A stretch of 64,000 nt of DNA from Eledone cirrhosa (Eukaryota). The position numbers and the translations under genes were made by a program. The DNA is taken from positions 6,324,001 through 6,388,000 of the forward strand of contig OZ024742.1 of assembly GCA_964016885.1 (NCBI GenBank), written 5' to 3'. This document shows positions 36,383-49,900 of this stretch, one piece after another. Position 1 is the stretch's first letter; the number at the start of each line of letters is the position of its first letter. The notes beneath the pieces are model-generated. The model saw only the letters and a program-made list of their open reading frames with translations, was not told the origin of the DNA and did not search any database.

Positions 36383-38570
36383 TATATGGCAGTGTTGTGT
36401 GGTGGTGTTATATAGTAATGGCTTATGGCGATGTTGTGTGGTGGTGTTGTATAGTAATGGCTTATGGCGGTGTTGTGTGGCTGTATTGTATAGTAACGGC
36501 ATATGGCGCTGTTGTGTGGCTCTGTTGTATAGTAATGGCTTATGGCGGTGTTGTGTGGCTAGGTAGTATATTAATAGCTTATGGCAGTGTTGTGGGGTAG
36601 TGTTGTATAGTAATGGCTTATGGCAGTGTTGTGTGGCCGTATTGTATAGCAATAGCTTATTGCGGTATTGTGTGGTGGTGTTGTATAGTAATGGCTTATG
36701 GCAGTGTTGTGTGGTTGTGTTGTATAGTAGTGGTTTATGGTGGTGTTGTGTGGTGGTGTTGTATAATAGTGGTTTATGGCGGTGTTGTGTGGTGGTGTTG
36801 TATAGTAGTGGTTTAGTGTGGTGTTGTGTGGTGGTGTTTATAGTTATGGTTTATGGCGGTTTTGTGAGGTTGTGATGTGTTGTTGTGGTTTATGACGGTA
36901 TTGTGTGGTGGTGTTGAGTGATAGTGTTGTGTGGTGGTGTTGTGTGGTGGTGTTGTGTGGCTCTGTTGTATAGTAATGGTTTATGGCGGTGTTGTGTGGC
37001 TGTGTAGTATATTAATGGCTTATGGCGGTGTTGTGGGGTGGTTTTGTATAGTAATGGCTTATGGCGGCGTTGTGTGGTGGTGTTGTAGAGTAATGGCTTA
37101 TGGCGGTATTGTGTGGTAGTGTTGTATAGTAATGGCTTATGGTGGTGTTGTGTGGCTGTATTGTATAGTAATGGCTTATGGCGGTATTCTGTGGTGGTGT
37201 TGTATAGTAATGGCTTATTGCGGTGTTGTGTGGTGGTGTTGTATAGTAGTGGTTTATGGTGGTGTTGTGTGGTGGTGTTCTGTGGCGGTGTTGTGTGGCT
37301 GTGTTGTATAGTAATGGATCATGGCGGTGTTTTGTGGTGCTGTTGTATAGTAATGGCTTATGGCGGTGTTGTGTGGTTGTGTTGTATAGTAATGGCATAT
37401 GGCGGTGTTGTGTGGTGGTGTTGTATAGTAATTGCTTATGGCAGTGTTGTGTGGTGGTGTTGTATAGTAATGGCTTATGGAGGTGTTGTGTGGTGGTGTT
37501 GTATAGTAATGGCTTATGGCGGTGTTGTGTGGCTGTATTGTATAGTAATGGGTTATGGCGGTGTTGTGTGGCTGTATTGTATAGTAATGGCTTATGATGG
37601 TGTTGTGTGGTGGTGTTGTATAGTAATGGCTTATGGCGGTGTTGTGTGGTTGTGTTGTATAGCAATGGATTATGGCGGTGTTGTGGGGCTGTGTTTTATA
37701 GTAATGACTTATGGCGGTGCTGTGTGGTGGTGTTGTATAATAATGGCTTATGGCGGTGTTGTGTAGCTGTGTGTTGTATAGTAATGGCTTATGGCAGTGT
37801 TGTGTGGCTGTGTTGTATAGAAATGGCTTATGGCGGTGTTGTGTGGTGGTGTTGTATAGAAATGGCTTATGGCGGTGTTGTGTGGCTATGTTGTATGCTA
37901 ATGGTTTATGGCGGTGTTGTCTGGTCATGTTGTATAATAATTGCTTATGGTGGTGTTGTGGGGTGGTGTTGTATAGTAGTAGTTTATGGAGGTGTGGTGT
38001 GGTGGTGTTGTATAGTAATGGCTTATGGCGGTGTAATGTGGTGGTGTTGTATAGTAGTGGTTTATGGAGGTGTTGTGTGGTGGTGTTGTATAGTAATGGC
38101 TTATGGTGGTGTTGTATGGTGGTGTTGTATAGTAATGGCTTATGTCGGTGTTGTGTGGTGGTGTTGTATAGCAATGGCTTATGGCGGTGTTGTGTGGCTG
38201 TGTTGTATAGTAATGGTTCATGGCGGTGTTGTGTGGCTGAGTTGTATAGTAATGGTTCATGGCGGTGTTGTGTGGCTGAGTTGTATAGTAATGGCTTATG
38301 GCGGTGTAATGTGGTGGTGTTGTATAGTAATGGCTTATGGCGGTGTAATGTGGTGGTGTTGTATAGTAGTGGTTTATGGTGGTGTTGTGTGGTGGTGTTG
38401 TATAGTAGTCGTTTATGGAGGTGTTGTGTGGTGTTGTTATGTGATAGTGTTGTATAGTAGTGGTTTATGGTGGTGTTGTGTGGTGGTGCTGTATAGTAAT
38501 GGCTTATGGCTGTGTTGTGTGGTGGTGTTGTATAGTAATGGCTTATGGCGGTGTTGTGTGGCTGTATGTA
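36383..38570. repeat. 39-bp GT-rich tandem repeat (~55 copies)
   Basis: Consensus tggcttatggcggtgttgtgtggtggtgttgtatagtaa. It explains the 13-aa periodic ORFs. Confidence 0.95.
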
Positions 38571-39536
38571 TTATGTTGTATAAGTATTGCTGGTGGTGCG
38601 TGTCATATATATTCTGGTTTGTCTCATCTTTCCTTCAATAGTCTCTGTATGAAGTGAGCTGGGTGTATACAGCCGAGTCTGTGTGTATTGGACACATATC
38701 ATGATGTACATACAGCTAGTTTTGAAAGCGCGTGTATATGCATGCATATATACTGTGTGAGTATGTGTATAAGCATGTGTGTTAAACACACACTCACACA
38801 CACACATATATATATACATATGTGTATATATATGTGTGTGTGTTTGTATGTATCTATGTATGTTTGTATGTATGTATATATGTATGTAAGTATATGTCAG
38901 GTCTCTAGTTGGTGCTACTGGTAACATGTATCCCAGTACAACCTGTCTCATGGTCGGGTCGTTGGCGACTAAACTGGCAACCCCACCAAGGTTTCTTGGT
39001 GAGGAGGGTGACTTTGGACACCCTGCAGGACTAAAAACAAACCCTGTAAAAGGGCAAAGGAGCTCTTAAGAGTCAACGGCCATCCAAAATCACCGGGAGA
39101 GATGACCCATTAGCCTTTGTCAAGGCAGAATTCTAGGAGAAGGAAAATTTTGATATAACAGCTGCAACCCTGATGGTATCCAATGATGTTGACTTGGTCT
39201 TCTTTTTAGTAAATATCATCTTGGTTAAGAGAGTGGGACTGGCTTTGTGCAGTGCCTTTGCTCACTATAAAAGCTTCACGGCAATGGCATTGCTTTATAT
39301 CTGGAGATCTCTCTGCACTTGTTGTCACATGGTACCATGGGCCCAGCACTATGTGTCAGTAATTGTGACAGGTGTAGTGTTTGTACCAGAGTTTTCAAGT
39401 CGCTGGCTGGACTAAAAAGTCACATTCGTTCAGCGCATCGGTAGGGGTTCTCCTACATGGATATAAAGTAGTGGCCGTACTCGAAAACGAGTTGGCAGCC
39501 ACTATGTATGTATATATGTATCTATATATATATATG

Positions 39537-39633
<97 letters not shown>

Positions 39634-39828
39634 ACTTTAAATGAAAGCACAAAGATAAAAAGTTTTGCAAAATATAATATTATTCGCTGGTAGAATCTTG
39701 CGTGACACTAACATTCCTTGATCTCTGTCCAACATTTCTAACAACTGATTCACAACTTCACACCACATCGAATCAGCAAACAACTACAACAACAACTACA
39801 ACACAAGTACTAAGAACAGCAACAAAGA

Positions 39829-40410
39829 ATGGCATCACCATCGCCATCACCACCACCACCACCACCACCACTACCTTCGCCATCACCATCGCCATCACCA
39901 TCACCACCACCATCACCATCACCATCACCATCACAATCACCACCACCATCACCATCGCCATCACCATCGCCATCACCATCACCACCACCATCACCATCAC
40001 CATCGCTATCGCCATCACCATCACCATCGCCATCACCATCACCAGCACCATCACCATCACAATCGCGATCACCACCACCATCACCATCGCCATCGCCATC
40101 ACCATCACCACCACCATCACCATCACCATCGCTATCGCCATCACCATCGCTATCGCCATCGCCATCACCATCACCATCACCATCGTCATCACCATCACCA
40201 GCACCATCACCATCACAATCGCGATCACCACCACCATCACAATCACCATCACCATCACAATCACCATCACCATCACCATCGCCATCACCATCGCCATCAC
40301 CATCACCATCGCCACCACCATCACCATCACCATCGTCATCACCACCACCATCACCACCACCATCACCATCACCATCACCATCACCATCACCACCACCATC
40401 ACCATCAGCA
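39829..40410. repeat. (CACCAT)n/(CAC)n degenerate microsatellite
   Basis: Continuous caccat/cgccat/caccac units. It explains the TI, SP and MV repeat ORFs. Confidence 0.95.
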
Positions 40411-40902
40411 GCAGTAGTAGCAGAAATTCACTAATAACAATGAGTGGAGCATCTAGCAACAAACACCACCAATATTTCCTTGGTCCGTTAGAAATATGTG
40501 TTTGATCTGATCGATAACTAGCTGGACTGTAAATATTAAAAGCTATGAGGCTTGTCGTTGAAACGATTCAGTGAATTGTCTTCATATGCTAATGTGCACA
40601 ATCAGAAAGAAACACACATAAAACATTTAGAAATGGAGAAATGTTGGCATAGCTGGCAAATAAAACGAATTCCATTTTCTTTGTTCGTTTGACTGAATAT
40701 ATATTTTTTGAATATTAAAAAAATAACGGTACTTTAATTAAACAATTCTTCGACTGGTAACATTTTTGTTAGTCTTCAGGTGTAATATTTGTAGTGTGTT
40801 CCTATAAGTGTCTGTGTATGTATATTAAATTAATGTAGAATTTTTTTTATGTAGGAGTTGTTCCGGTTGGCCCTCCGATGACCATATCTGCCTTTGCTCA
40901 AC

Positions 40903-43900
40903 CTGTATTGTGTGTTAGAAGCTGTCACCAACAACAAGACCGCTGTGTTGTGTGTTAGAAGCTGACACAAACAACAACACCTCTGTGTTGTGTGTTAGAA
41001 GCTGACACCAACAACAAGACTTATGTGTTGTGTGTTAGAAGCTGTCACCAACAACAAGACTTATGTGTTGTGTGTTAGAAGCTGTCACCAACAACAAGAC
41101 TTATGTGTTGTGTGTTAGAAGCTGTCACCAAAAACAAGGCCGTTGTGTTGTGTGTTAGAAGTTGACACCAACAAGACCGCTGTGTTGTGTGTTAGAAGCT
41201 GTCACCAACAACAAGACCTCTGTGTTGTGTGTTAGAAGCTGTCACCAACAACAAGACCGCTGTGTTGTGTGTTAGAAGCTGGCAACAACAAGAAGACCGC
41301 TGTGTTGTGTGTTAGAAGCTGTCACCAACAACAAGACCTCTGTATTGTGTGTTAGAAGCTGTCACCAACAACAAGACCTCTGTGTTGTGTGTTAGAAGCT
41401 GTCACCAACAAGACCGCTGTGTTGTGTGTTAGAAGCTGTCACCAACAACAAGACCGCTGTGTTGTGTGTTAGAAGCTGTCACCAACAAAGGGACCGCTGT
41501 GTTGTGTGTTAGAAGCTGTCATCAACAACAAGACCGCTGTGTTGTGTGTTAGAAGCTGTCACCAACAACAAGACAGCTGTGTTGTGTGTTAGAAGCTGTC
41601 ACCAACAACAAGACCGCTGTGTTGAGTATTAGTAGCTGTCACCAACAACAAGACCTCAATGTTGTGTGTTAGAAGCTGTCACCAACAACAAGACCTCTGT
41701 GTTGTGTGTTAGAAGCTGTCACCAACAACAAGACCTCCGTATTGTGTGTTAGAAGCTGTCACCAACAACAAGACATGTGTTGTGTGTTAGAAGCTGTCAC
41801 CAACAACAAGACCTCCGTATTGTGTGTTAGAAGCTGACACCAACAAGACCGCTGTGTTGTTTGTTAGAAGCTGTCACCAACAACAAGACCTCTGTGTTGT
41901 GTGTTAGAAGCTGTCACCAACAACAAGACCGCTGTGTTGTGTGTTAGAAGCTGTCACCAACAACAAGACAGCTGTGCGGTGTGTTAGAAGATGTCACCAA
42001 CAACAAGACATGTGTTGTGTGTTAGAAGCTGTCACCAACAACAAGAACGCTGTGTTGTGTGTTAGAAGCTGTCACCAACAACAAGACAGCTGTGTTGTGT
42101 TTTAGAAGCTGTCACCAACAACAATACCTCAGTGTTGTGTGTTAGAAGCTGTCACCAACAACAAGACCGCTGTGTTGTGTGTTAGAAGCTGTCACCAACA
42201 ACAAGAACGCTGTGTTGTGTGTTAGAAGATGTCACCAACAACAAGACATGTGTTGTGTGTTAGAAGTTGTCACCAATAACAAGGTCTGTGTTGTGTTTTA
42301 GAAATTGTCACCAATAACAAGGCCTCTGTGTTGTGTTTTAGAAGCTGTCACCAACAACAAGACCTCTGTGTTGTGTGTTAGAAGCTGTCACCAACAACAA
42401 GACCGCTGTGCTGTGTGTTAGAAGATGTCACCAACAACAAGACATGTGTTGTGTGTTAGAAGCTGTCACCAACAACAAGACCGCTGTGTTGTGTGTTAGA
42501 AGCTGTCACCAACAACAAGACCGCTGTGTTATGTGTTAGAAGCTGTCACCAACAACAAGACCTCTGTGTTGTGTGTTAGAAGCTGTCACCAACAACAAGA
42601 CCGCTGTGTTGTGTGTTAGAAGCTGTCACCAACAACAAGACATGTGTTGTGTGTTAGAAGTTGTCACCAATAACAAGGCCTCTGTGTTGTGTTTTAGAAG
42701 CTGTCACCAACAAAAAGACCACTGTGCTGTGTGTTAGAAGCTGTCACCAACAACAAGACATGTGTTGTGTGTTAGAAGCTGTCACCAACACCAAGACCTC
42801 TGTGTTCTGTGTTAGAATGTCACCAACAACAAGACCTCTATGTTGTGTGTTAGAAGCTGTCACCAACAACAAGACCTCTGTGTTGTGTGTTAGAAGCTGT
42901 CACCAACAACAAGACCTCTGTGTTGTGTGTTAGAAGCTGTCACCAACAACAACACCTCTGTGTTGTGTGTTAGAAGCTGTCACCAACAACAACACCTCTG
43001 TGTTGTGTGTTAGAAGCTGTCACCAATAACAAGACCTCTGTGTTGTGTGTTAGAAACTGTCACCAACATTAAGACCACTGTGTTGTGTGTTAGAAGCTGT
43101 CACCAACAACAAGACATGTGTTGCGTGTTAGAAGCTGTCACCAACGACAATACCTCTGTGTTGTGTGTTAGAAGCTGTCACCAACAACAAGACCTCTGTG
43201 TTGTGTGTTAGAAGCTGTCACCAACAACAAGACCGCTGTGTTGTGTGTTAGAAGCTGTCACCAACAACAAGACCGCTGTGTTGTGTGTTAGAAGCTGTCA
43301 TCAACAACAAGACCGCTGTGTTGAGTATTAGTAGCTGTCACCAACAACAAGACCTCTATGTTGTGTGTTAGAAGCTGTCACCAACAATAAGACCTCTGTG
43401 TTGTGTGTTAGAAGCTGTCACCAACAACAAGACCTCCGTATTGTGTGTTAGAAGCTGTCACCAACAACAAGACATGTGTTGTGTGTTAGAAGCTGTCAAC
43501 AACAACAAGACCTCCGTATTGTGTGTTAGAAGCTGACACCAACAAGACCGCTGTGTTGTTTGTTAGAAGCTGTCACCAACAACAACACCTCTGTGTTGTG
43601 TGTTAGAAGCTGTCACCAACAACAAGACAGCTGTGCTGTGTGTTAGAAGATGTCACCAACAACAAGACATGTGTTGTGTGTTAGAAGCTGTCACCAACAA
43701 CAAGAACGCTGTGTTGTGTGTTAGAAGCTGTCACCAACAACAAGACAGCTGTGTTGTGTTTTAGAAGCTGTCACCAACAACAAGACCGCTGTGTTGTGTG
43801 TTAGAGGCTGTCACCAACAACAAGACCGCTGTGTTGTGTGTTAGAAGCTGTCACCAACAACAAGACCGCTGTGCTGTGTGTTAGAAGATGTCACCAACAA

Positions 43901-46900
43901 CAAGACATGTGTTGTGTGTTAGAAGCTGTCACCAACAACAAGACCGCTGTGTTGTGTGTTAGAAGCTGTCACCAACAACAAGACCGCTGTGTTATGTGTT
44001 AGAAGCTGTCACGAACAACAAGACCTCTGTGTTGTGTGTTAGAAGCTGTCACCAACAACAAGACCGCTGTGTTGTGTGTTAGAAGATGTCACCAACAACA
44101 AGACATGTGTTGTGTGTTAGAAGTTGTCACCAATAACAAGGCCTCTGTGTTGTGTTTTAGAAATTGTCACCAATAACAAGGCCTCTGTGTTGTGTTTTAG
44201 AAGCTGTCACCAACAACAAGACCGCTGTGTTGTGTGTTAGAAGCTGTCACCAACAACAAGACCGCTGTGTTGTGTGTTAGAAGATGTCACCAACAACAAG
44301 ACATGTGTTGTGTGTTAGAAGCTGTCACCAACAACAAGACCGCTGTGTTGTGTGTTAGAAGCTGTCACCAACAACAAGACCTCTGTGTTGTGTGTTAGAA
44401 GCTGTCACCAACAACAAGACCGCTGTGTTGTGTGTTAGAAGCTGTCACCAACAACAAGACCGCTGTGTTGTGTGTTAGAAGATGTCACCAACAATAAGAC
44501 ATGTGTTGTGTGTTAGAAGTTGTCACCAATAACAAGGCCTCTGTGTTGTGTTTTAGAAGCTGTCACCAACAACAAGACCGCTGTGCTGTGTGTTAGAAGC
44601 TGTCACCAACAACAAGACATGTGTTGTGTGTTAGAAGCTGTCACCAACACCAAGACCTCTGTGTTCTGTGTTAGAATGTCACCAACAACAAGACCTCTAT
44701 GTTGTGTGTTAGAAGCTGTCACTAACAACAAGACCTCTGTGTTGTGTGTTAGAAGCTGTCACCAACAACAAGACCTCTGTGTTGTGTGTTAGAAGCTGTC
44801 ACCAACAACAAGACCTCTGTGTTGTGTGTTAGAAGCTGTCACCAACAACAACACCTCTGTGTTGTGTGTTAGAAGCTGTCACCAATAACAAGACCTCTGT
44901 GTTGTGTGTTAGAAACTGTCACCAACATTAAGACCTCTGTGTTGTGTGTTAGAAGCTGTCACCAACAACAAGACATGTGTTGCGTGTTAGAAGCTGTCAC
45001 CAACGACAATACCTCTGTGTTGTGTGTTAGAAGCTGTCACCAACAACAAGACCTCTGTGTTGTGTGTTAGAAGCTGTCACCAACAACAAGACCGCTGTGT
45101 TGTGTGTTAGAAGCTGTCACCAACAACAAGACCGCTGTGTTGTGTGTTAGAAGCTGTCATCAACAACAAGACCGCTGTGTTGTGTGTTAGAAGCTGTCAC
45201 CAACATTAAGACCTCTGTGTTGTGTGTTAGAAGCTGTCACCAACAACAAGACCGCTGTGTTGTGTGTTAGAAGCTGTCACCAACAACAAGACCGCTGTGT
45301 TGTGTGTTAGAAGCTGTCACCAACAACAAGACATGTGTTGTGTGTTAGAAGCTGTCACCAACACCAAGACCTCTGTGTTCTGTGTTAGAATGTCACCAAC
45401 AACAAGACCTCTATGTTGTGTGTTAGAAGCTGTCAGCAATAACAAGACCGCTGTGTTGTGTGTTAGAAGCTGTCACCAACAACAAGACCTCTGTGTTGTG
45501 TGTTAGAAGCTGTCACCAACAACAAGACCTCTGTGTTGTGTGTTAGAAGCTGTCACCAACAACAAGACCGCTGTGTTGTGTGTTAGAAGCTGTCATCAAC
45601 AACAAGACCGCTGTGTTGAGTATTAGTAGCTGTCACCAACAACAAGACCTCTATGTTGTGTGTTAGAAGCTGTCACCAACAATAAGACCTCTGTGTTGTG
45701 TGTTAGAAGCTGTCACCAACAACAAGACCTCCGTATTGTGTGTTAGAAGCTGTCACCAACAACAAGACATGTGTTGTGTGTTAGAAGCTGTCAACAACAA
45801 CAAGACCTCCGTATTGTGTGTTAGAAGCTGACACCAACAAGACCGCTGTGTTGTTTGTTAGAAGCTGTCACCAACAACAACACCTGTGTGTTGTGTGTTA
45901 GAAGCTGTCACCAACAACAAGACAGCTGTGCTGTGTGTTAGAAGATGTCACCAACAACAAGACATGTGTTGTGTGTTAGAAGCTGTCACCAACAACAAGA
46001 ACGCTGTGTTGTGTGTTAGAAGCTGTCACCAACAACAAGACCGCTGTGTTATGTGTTAGAAGCTGTCACGAACAACAAGACCTCTGTGTTGTGTGTTAGA
46101 AGCTGTCACCAACAACAAGACCGCTGTGTTGTGTGTTAGAAGATGTCACCAACAACAAGACATGTGTTGTGTGTTAGAAGTTGTCACCAATAACAAGGCC
46201 TCTGTGTTGTGTTTTAGAAATTGTCACCAATAACAAGGCCTCTGTGTTGTGTTTTAGAAGCTGTCACCAACAACAAGACCGCTGTGTTGTGTGTTAGAAG
46301 CTGTCACCAACAACAAGACCGCTGTGTTGTGTGTTAGAAGATGTCACCAACAACAAGACATGTGTTGTGTGTTAGAAGCTGTCACCAACAACAAGACCGC
46401 TGTGTTGTGTGTTAGAAGCTGTCACCAACAACAAGACCTCTGTGTTGTGTGTTAGAAGCTGTCACCAACAACAAGACCGCTGTGTTGTGTGTTAGAAGCT
46501 GTCACCAACAACAAGACCGCTGTGCTGTGTGTTAGAAGATGTCACCAACAATAAGACATGTGTTGTGTGTTAGAAGTTGTCACCAATAACAAGGCCTCTG
46601 TGTTGTGTTTTAGAAGCTGTCACCAACAACAAGACCGCTGTGCTGTGTGTTAGAAGCTGTCACCAACAACAAGACATGTGTTGTGTGTTAGAAGCTGTCA
46701 CCAACACCAAGACCTCTGTGTTCTGTGTTAGAATGTCACCAACAACAAGACCTCTATGTTGTGTGTTAGAAGCTGTCACTAACAACAAGACCTCTGTGTT
46801 GTGTGTTAGAAGCTGTCACCAACAACAAGACCTCTGTGTTGTGTGTTAGAAGCTGTCACCAACAACAAGACCTCTGTGTTGTGTGTTAGAAGCTGTCACC

Positions 46901-49900
46901 AACAACAACACCTCTGTGTTGTGTGTTAGAAGCTGTCACCAATAACAAGACCTCTGTGTTGTGTGTTAGAAACTGTCACCAACATTAAGACCTCTGTGTT
47001 GTGTGTTAGAAGCTGTCACCAACAACAAGACATGTGTTGCGTGTTAGAAGCTGTCACCAACGACAATACCTCTGTGTTGTGTGTTAGAAGCTGTCACCAA
47101 CAACAAGACCTCTGTGTTGTGTGTTAGAAGCTGTCACCAACAACAAGACCGCTGTGTTGTGTGTTAGAAGCTGTCACCAACAACAAGACCGCTGTGTTGT
47201 GTGTTAGAAGCTGTCATCAACAACAAGACCGCTGTGTTGTGTGTTAGAAGCTGTCACCAACATTAAGACCTCTGTGTTGTGTGTTAGAAGCTGTCACCAA
47301 CAACAAGACCGCTGTGTTGTGTGTTAGAAGCTGTCACCAACAACAAGACCGCTGTGTTGTGTGTTAGAAGCTGTCACCAACAACAAGACATGTGTTGTGT
47401 GTTAGAAGCTGTCACCAACACCAAGACCTCTGTGTTCTGTGTTAGAATGTCACCAACAACAAGACCTCTATGTTGTGTGTTAGAAGCTGTCAGCAATAAC
47501 AAGACCGCTGTGTTGTGTGTTAGAAGCTGTCACCAACAACAAGACCTCTGTGTTGTGTGTTAGAAGCTGTCACCAACAACAAGACCTCTGTGTTGTGTGT
47601 TAGAAGCTGTCACCAACAACAAGACCTCTGTGTTGGGTGTTAGAAGCTGTCACCAACAACAACACCTCTGTGTTGTGTGTTAGAAGCTGTCACCAATAGC
47701 AAGACCTCTGTGTTGTGTGTTAGAAACTGTCACCAACATTAAGACCTCTGTGTTGTGTGTTAGAAGCTGTCACCAACAACAAGACATGTGTTGCGTGTTA
47801 GAAGCTGTCACCAACAACAAGACCGCTGTGTTGTGTGTTAGAAGCTGTCATCAACAACAAGACCGCTGTGTTGTGTGTTAGAAGCTGTCACCAACATTAA
47901 GACCTCTGTGTTGTGTGTTAGAAGCTGTCACCAACAACAAGACCGCTGTGTTGTGTGTTAGAAGCTGTCACCAACAACAAGACATGTGTTGTGTGTTAGA
48001 AGCTGTCACCAACACCAAGACCTCTGTGTTCTGTGTTAGAATGTCACCAACAACAAAACCTCTATGTTGTGTGTTAGAAGCTGTCACCAACAACAAGACC
48101 GCTGTGTTGTGTGTTAGAAGCTGTCACCAACAACAAGACCTCTGTGTTGTGTGTTAGAAGCTGTCACCAACAACAAGACCTCTGTGCTGTGTGTTAGAAG
48201 CTGTCACCAACAACAACACCTCTGTGTTGTGTGTTAGAAGCTGTCACCAATAACAAGACATGTGTTGTGTGTTAGAAGCTGTCACCAACAACAAGATCTC
48301 TGTGTTGTGTGTTAGAAGCTGTCACCAACAACAAGACCTCTGTGTTGTGTGTTAGAAACTGTCACCAACAACAAGACATCTGTGTTGTGTGTTAGAAGCT
48401 GTCACCAACAACAAGACCGCTGTGTTGTGTGTTAGATGCTGTCACCAACAACAAGACCTCTGTGTTGTGTGTTAGAAGCTGGCACCAACAACAAGACCTC
48501 TGTGTTGTGTGTTAGAAGCTGTCACCAACAACAAGACTTCTGTGTTGTGTGTTAGAAGCTGTCACCAACAACAAGACCTCTATGTTGTGTGTTAGAAGCT
48601 GTCACCAACAACAAGACCTCTGTGTTGTGTGTTAGAAGCTGTCACCAACAACAAGACCTCTGTGTTGTGTGTTAGAAGCTGTCACCAACAACAAGACCTC
48701 TGTGTTGTGTGTTAGAAGCTGTCACCAACAACAAGACTTCTGTGTTGTGTGTTAGAAGCTGTCACCAACAACAAGACCGCTGTGTTGTGTGTTAGATGCT
48801 GTCACCAACAACAAGACCTCTGTGTTGTGTGTTAGAAGCTGTCACCAACAACAAGACCTCTGTGTTGTGTGTTAGAAGCTGTCACCAACAACAAGACTTC
48901 TGTGTTGTGTGTTAGAAGCTGTCACCAACAACAAGACCTCTATGTTGTGTGTTAGAAGCTGTCACCAACAACAAGACCTCTGTGTTGTGTGTTAGAAGCT
49001 GTCACCAACAACAAGACCTCTGTGTTGTGTGTTAGAAGCTGTCACCAACAACAAGACCTCTGTGTTGTGTGTTAGAAGCTGTCACCAACAACAAGACATG
49101 TGTTGTGTGTTAGAAGCTGTCACCAACACCAAGACCTCTGTGTTCTGTGTTAGAATGTCACCAACAACAAGACCTCTATGTTGTGTGTTAGAAGCTGTCA
49201 CCAACAACAAGACCTCTGTGTTGTGTGTTAGAAGCTGTCACCAACAACAAGACCTCTGTGTTGTGTGTTAGAAGCTGTCACCAACAACAAGACCTCTGTG
49301 TTGTGTGTTAGAAGCTGTCACCAACAACAACACCTCTGCGTTGTGTGTTAGAAGCTGTCACCAATAACAAGACCTCTGTGTTGTGTGTTAGAAACTGTCA
49401 CCAACATTAAGACTTCTGTGTTGTGTGTTAGAAGCTGTCACCAACAACAAGACCGCTGTGTTGTGTGTTAGATGCTGTCACCAACAACAAGACCTCTGTG
49501 TTGTGTGTTAGAAGCTGTCACCAACAACAAGACCTCTGTGTTGTGTGTTAGAAGCTGTCACCAACAACAAGACTTCTGTGTTGTGTGTTAGAAGCTGTCA
49601 CCAACAACAAGACCTCTATGTTGTGTGTTAGAAGCTGTCACCAACAACAAGACCTCTGTGTTGTGTGTTAGAAGCTGTCACCAACAACAAGACCTCTGTG
49701 TTGTGTGTTAGAAGCTGTCACCAACAACAAGACCTCTGTGTTGTGTGTTAGAAGCTGTCACCAACAACAAGACATGTGTTGTGTGTTAGAAGCTGTCACC
49801 AACACCAAGACCTCTGTGTTCTGTGTTAGAATGTCACCAACAACAAGACCTCTATGTTGTGTGTTAGAAGCTGTCACCAACAACAAGACCTCTGTGTTGT

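Noticed and set aside
36129-38657. Long Cys/Val/Trp- or His/Thr-rich ORFs
   Set aside because: Translation of a 39-bp (13-codon) tandem repeat, open in several frames on both strands.
38900-39400. Possible LINE 5' UTR with an HDV-like ribozyme
   Set aside because: Hairpins are present (tactgg/ccagta, gtcg/cgac), but I could not build P1/P3/L3 of the double pseudoknot and no ORF follows.
39702-40505. Mucin- or extensin-like ORFs (TI, SP, MV repeats)
   Set aside because: Hexanucleotide microsatellite, open in multiple frames.
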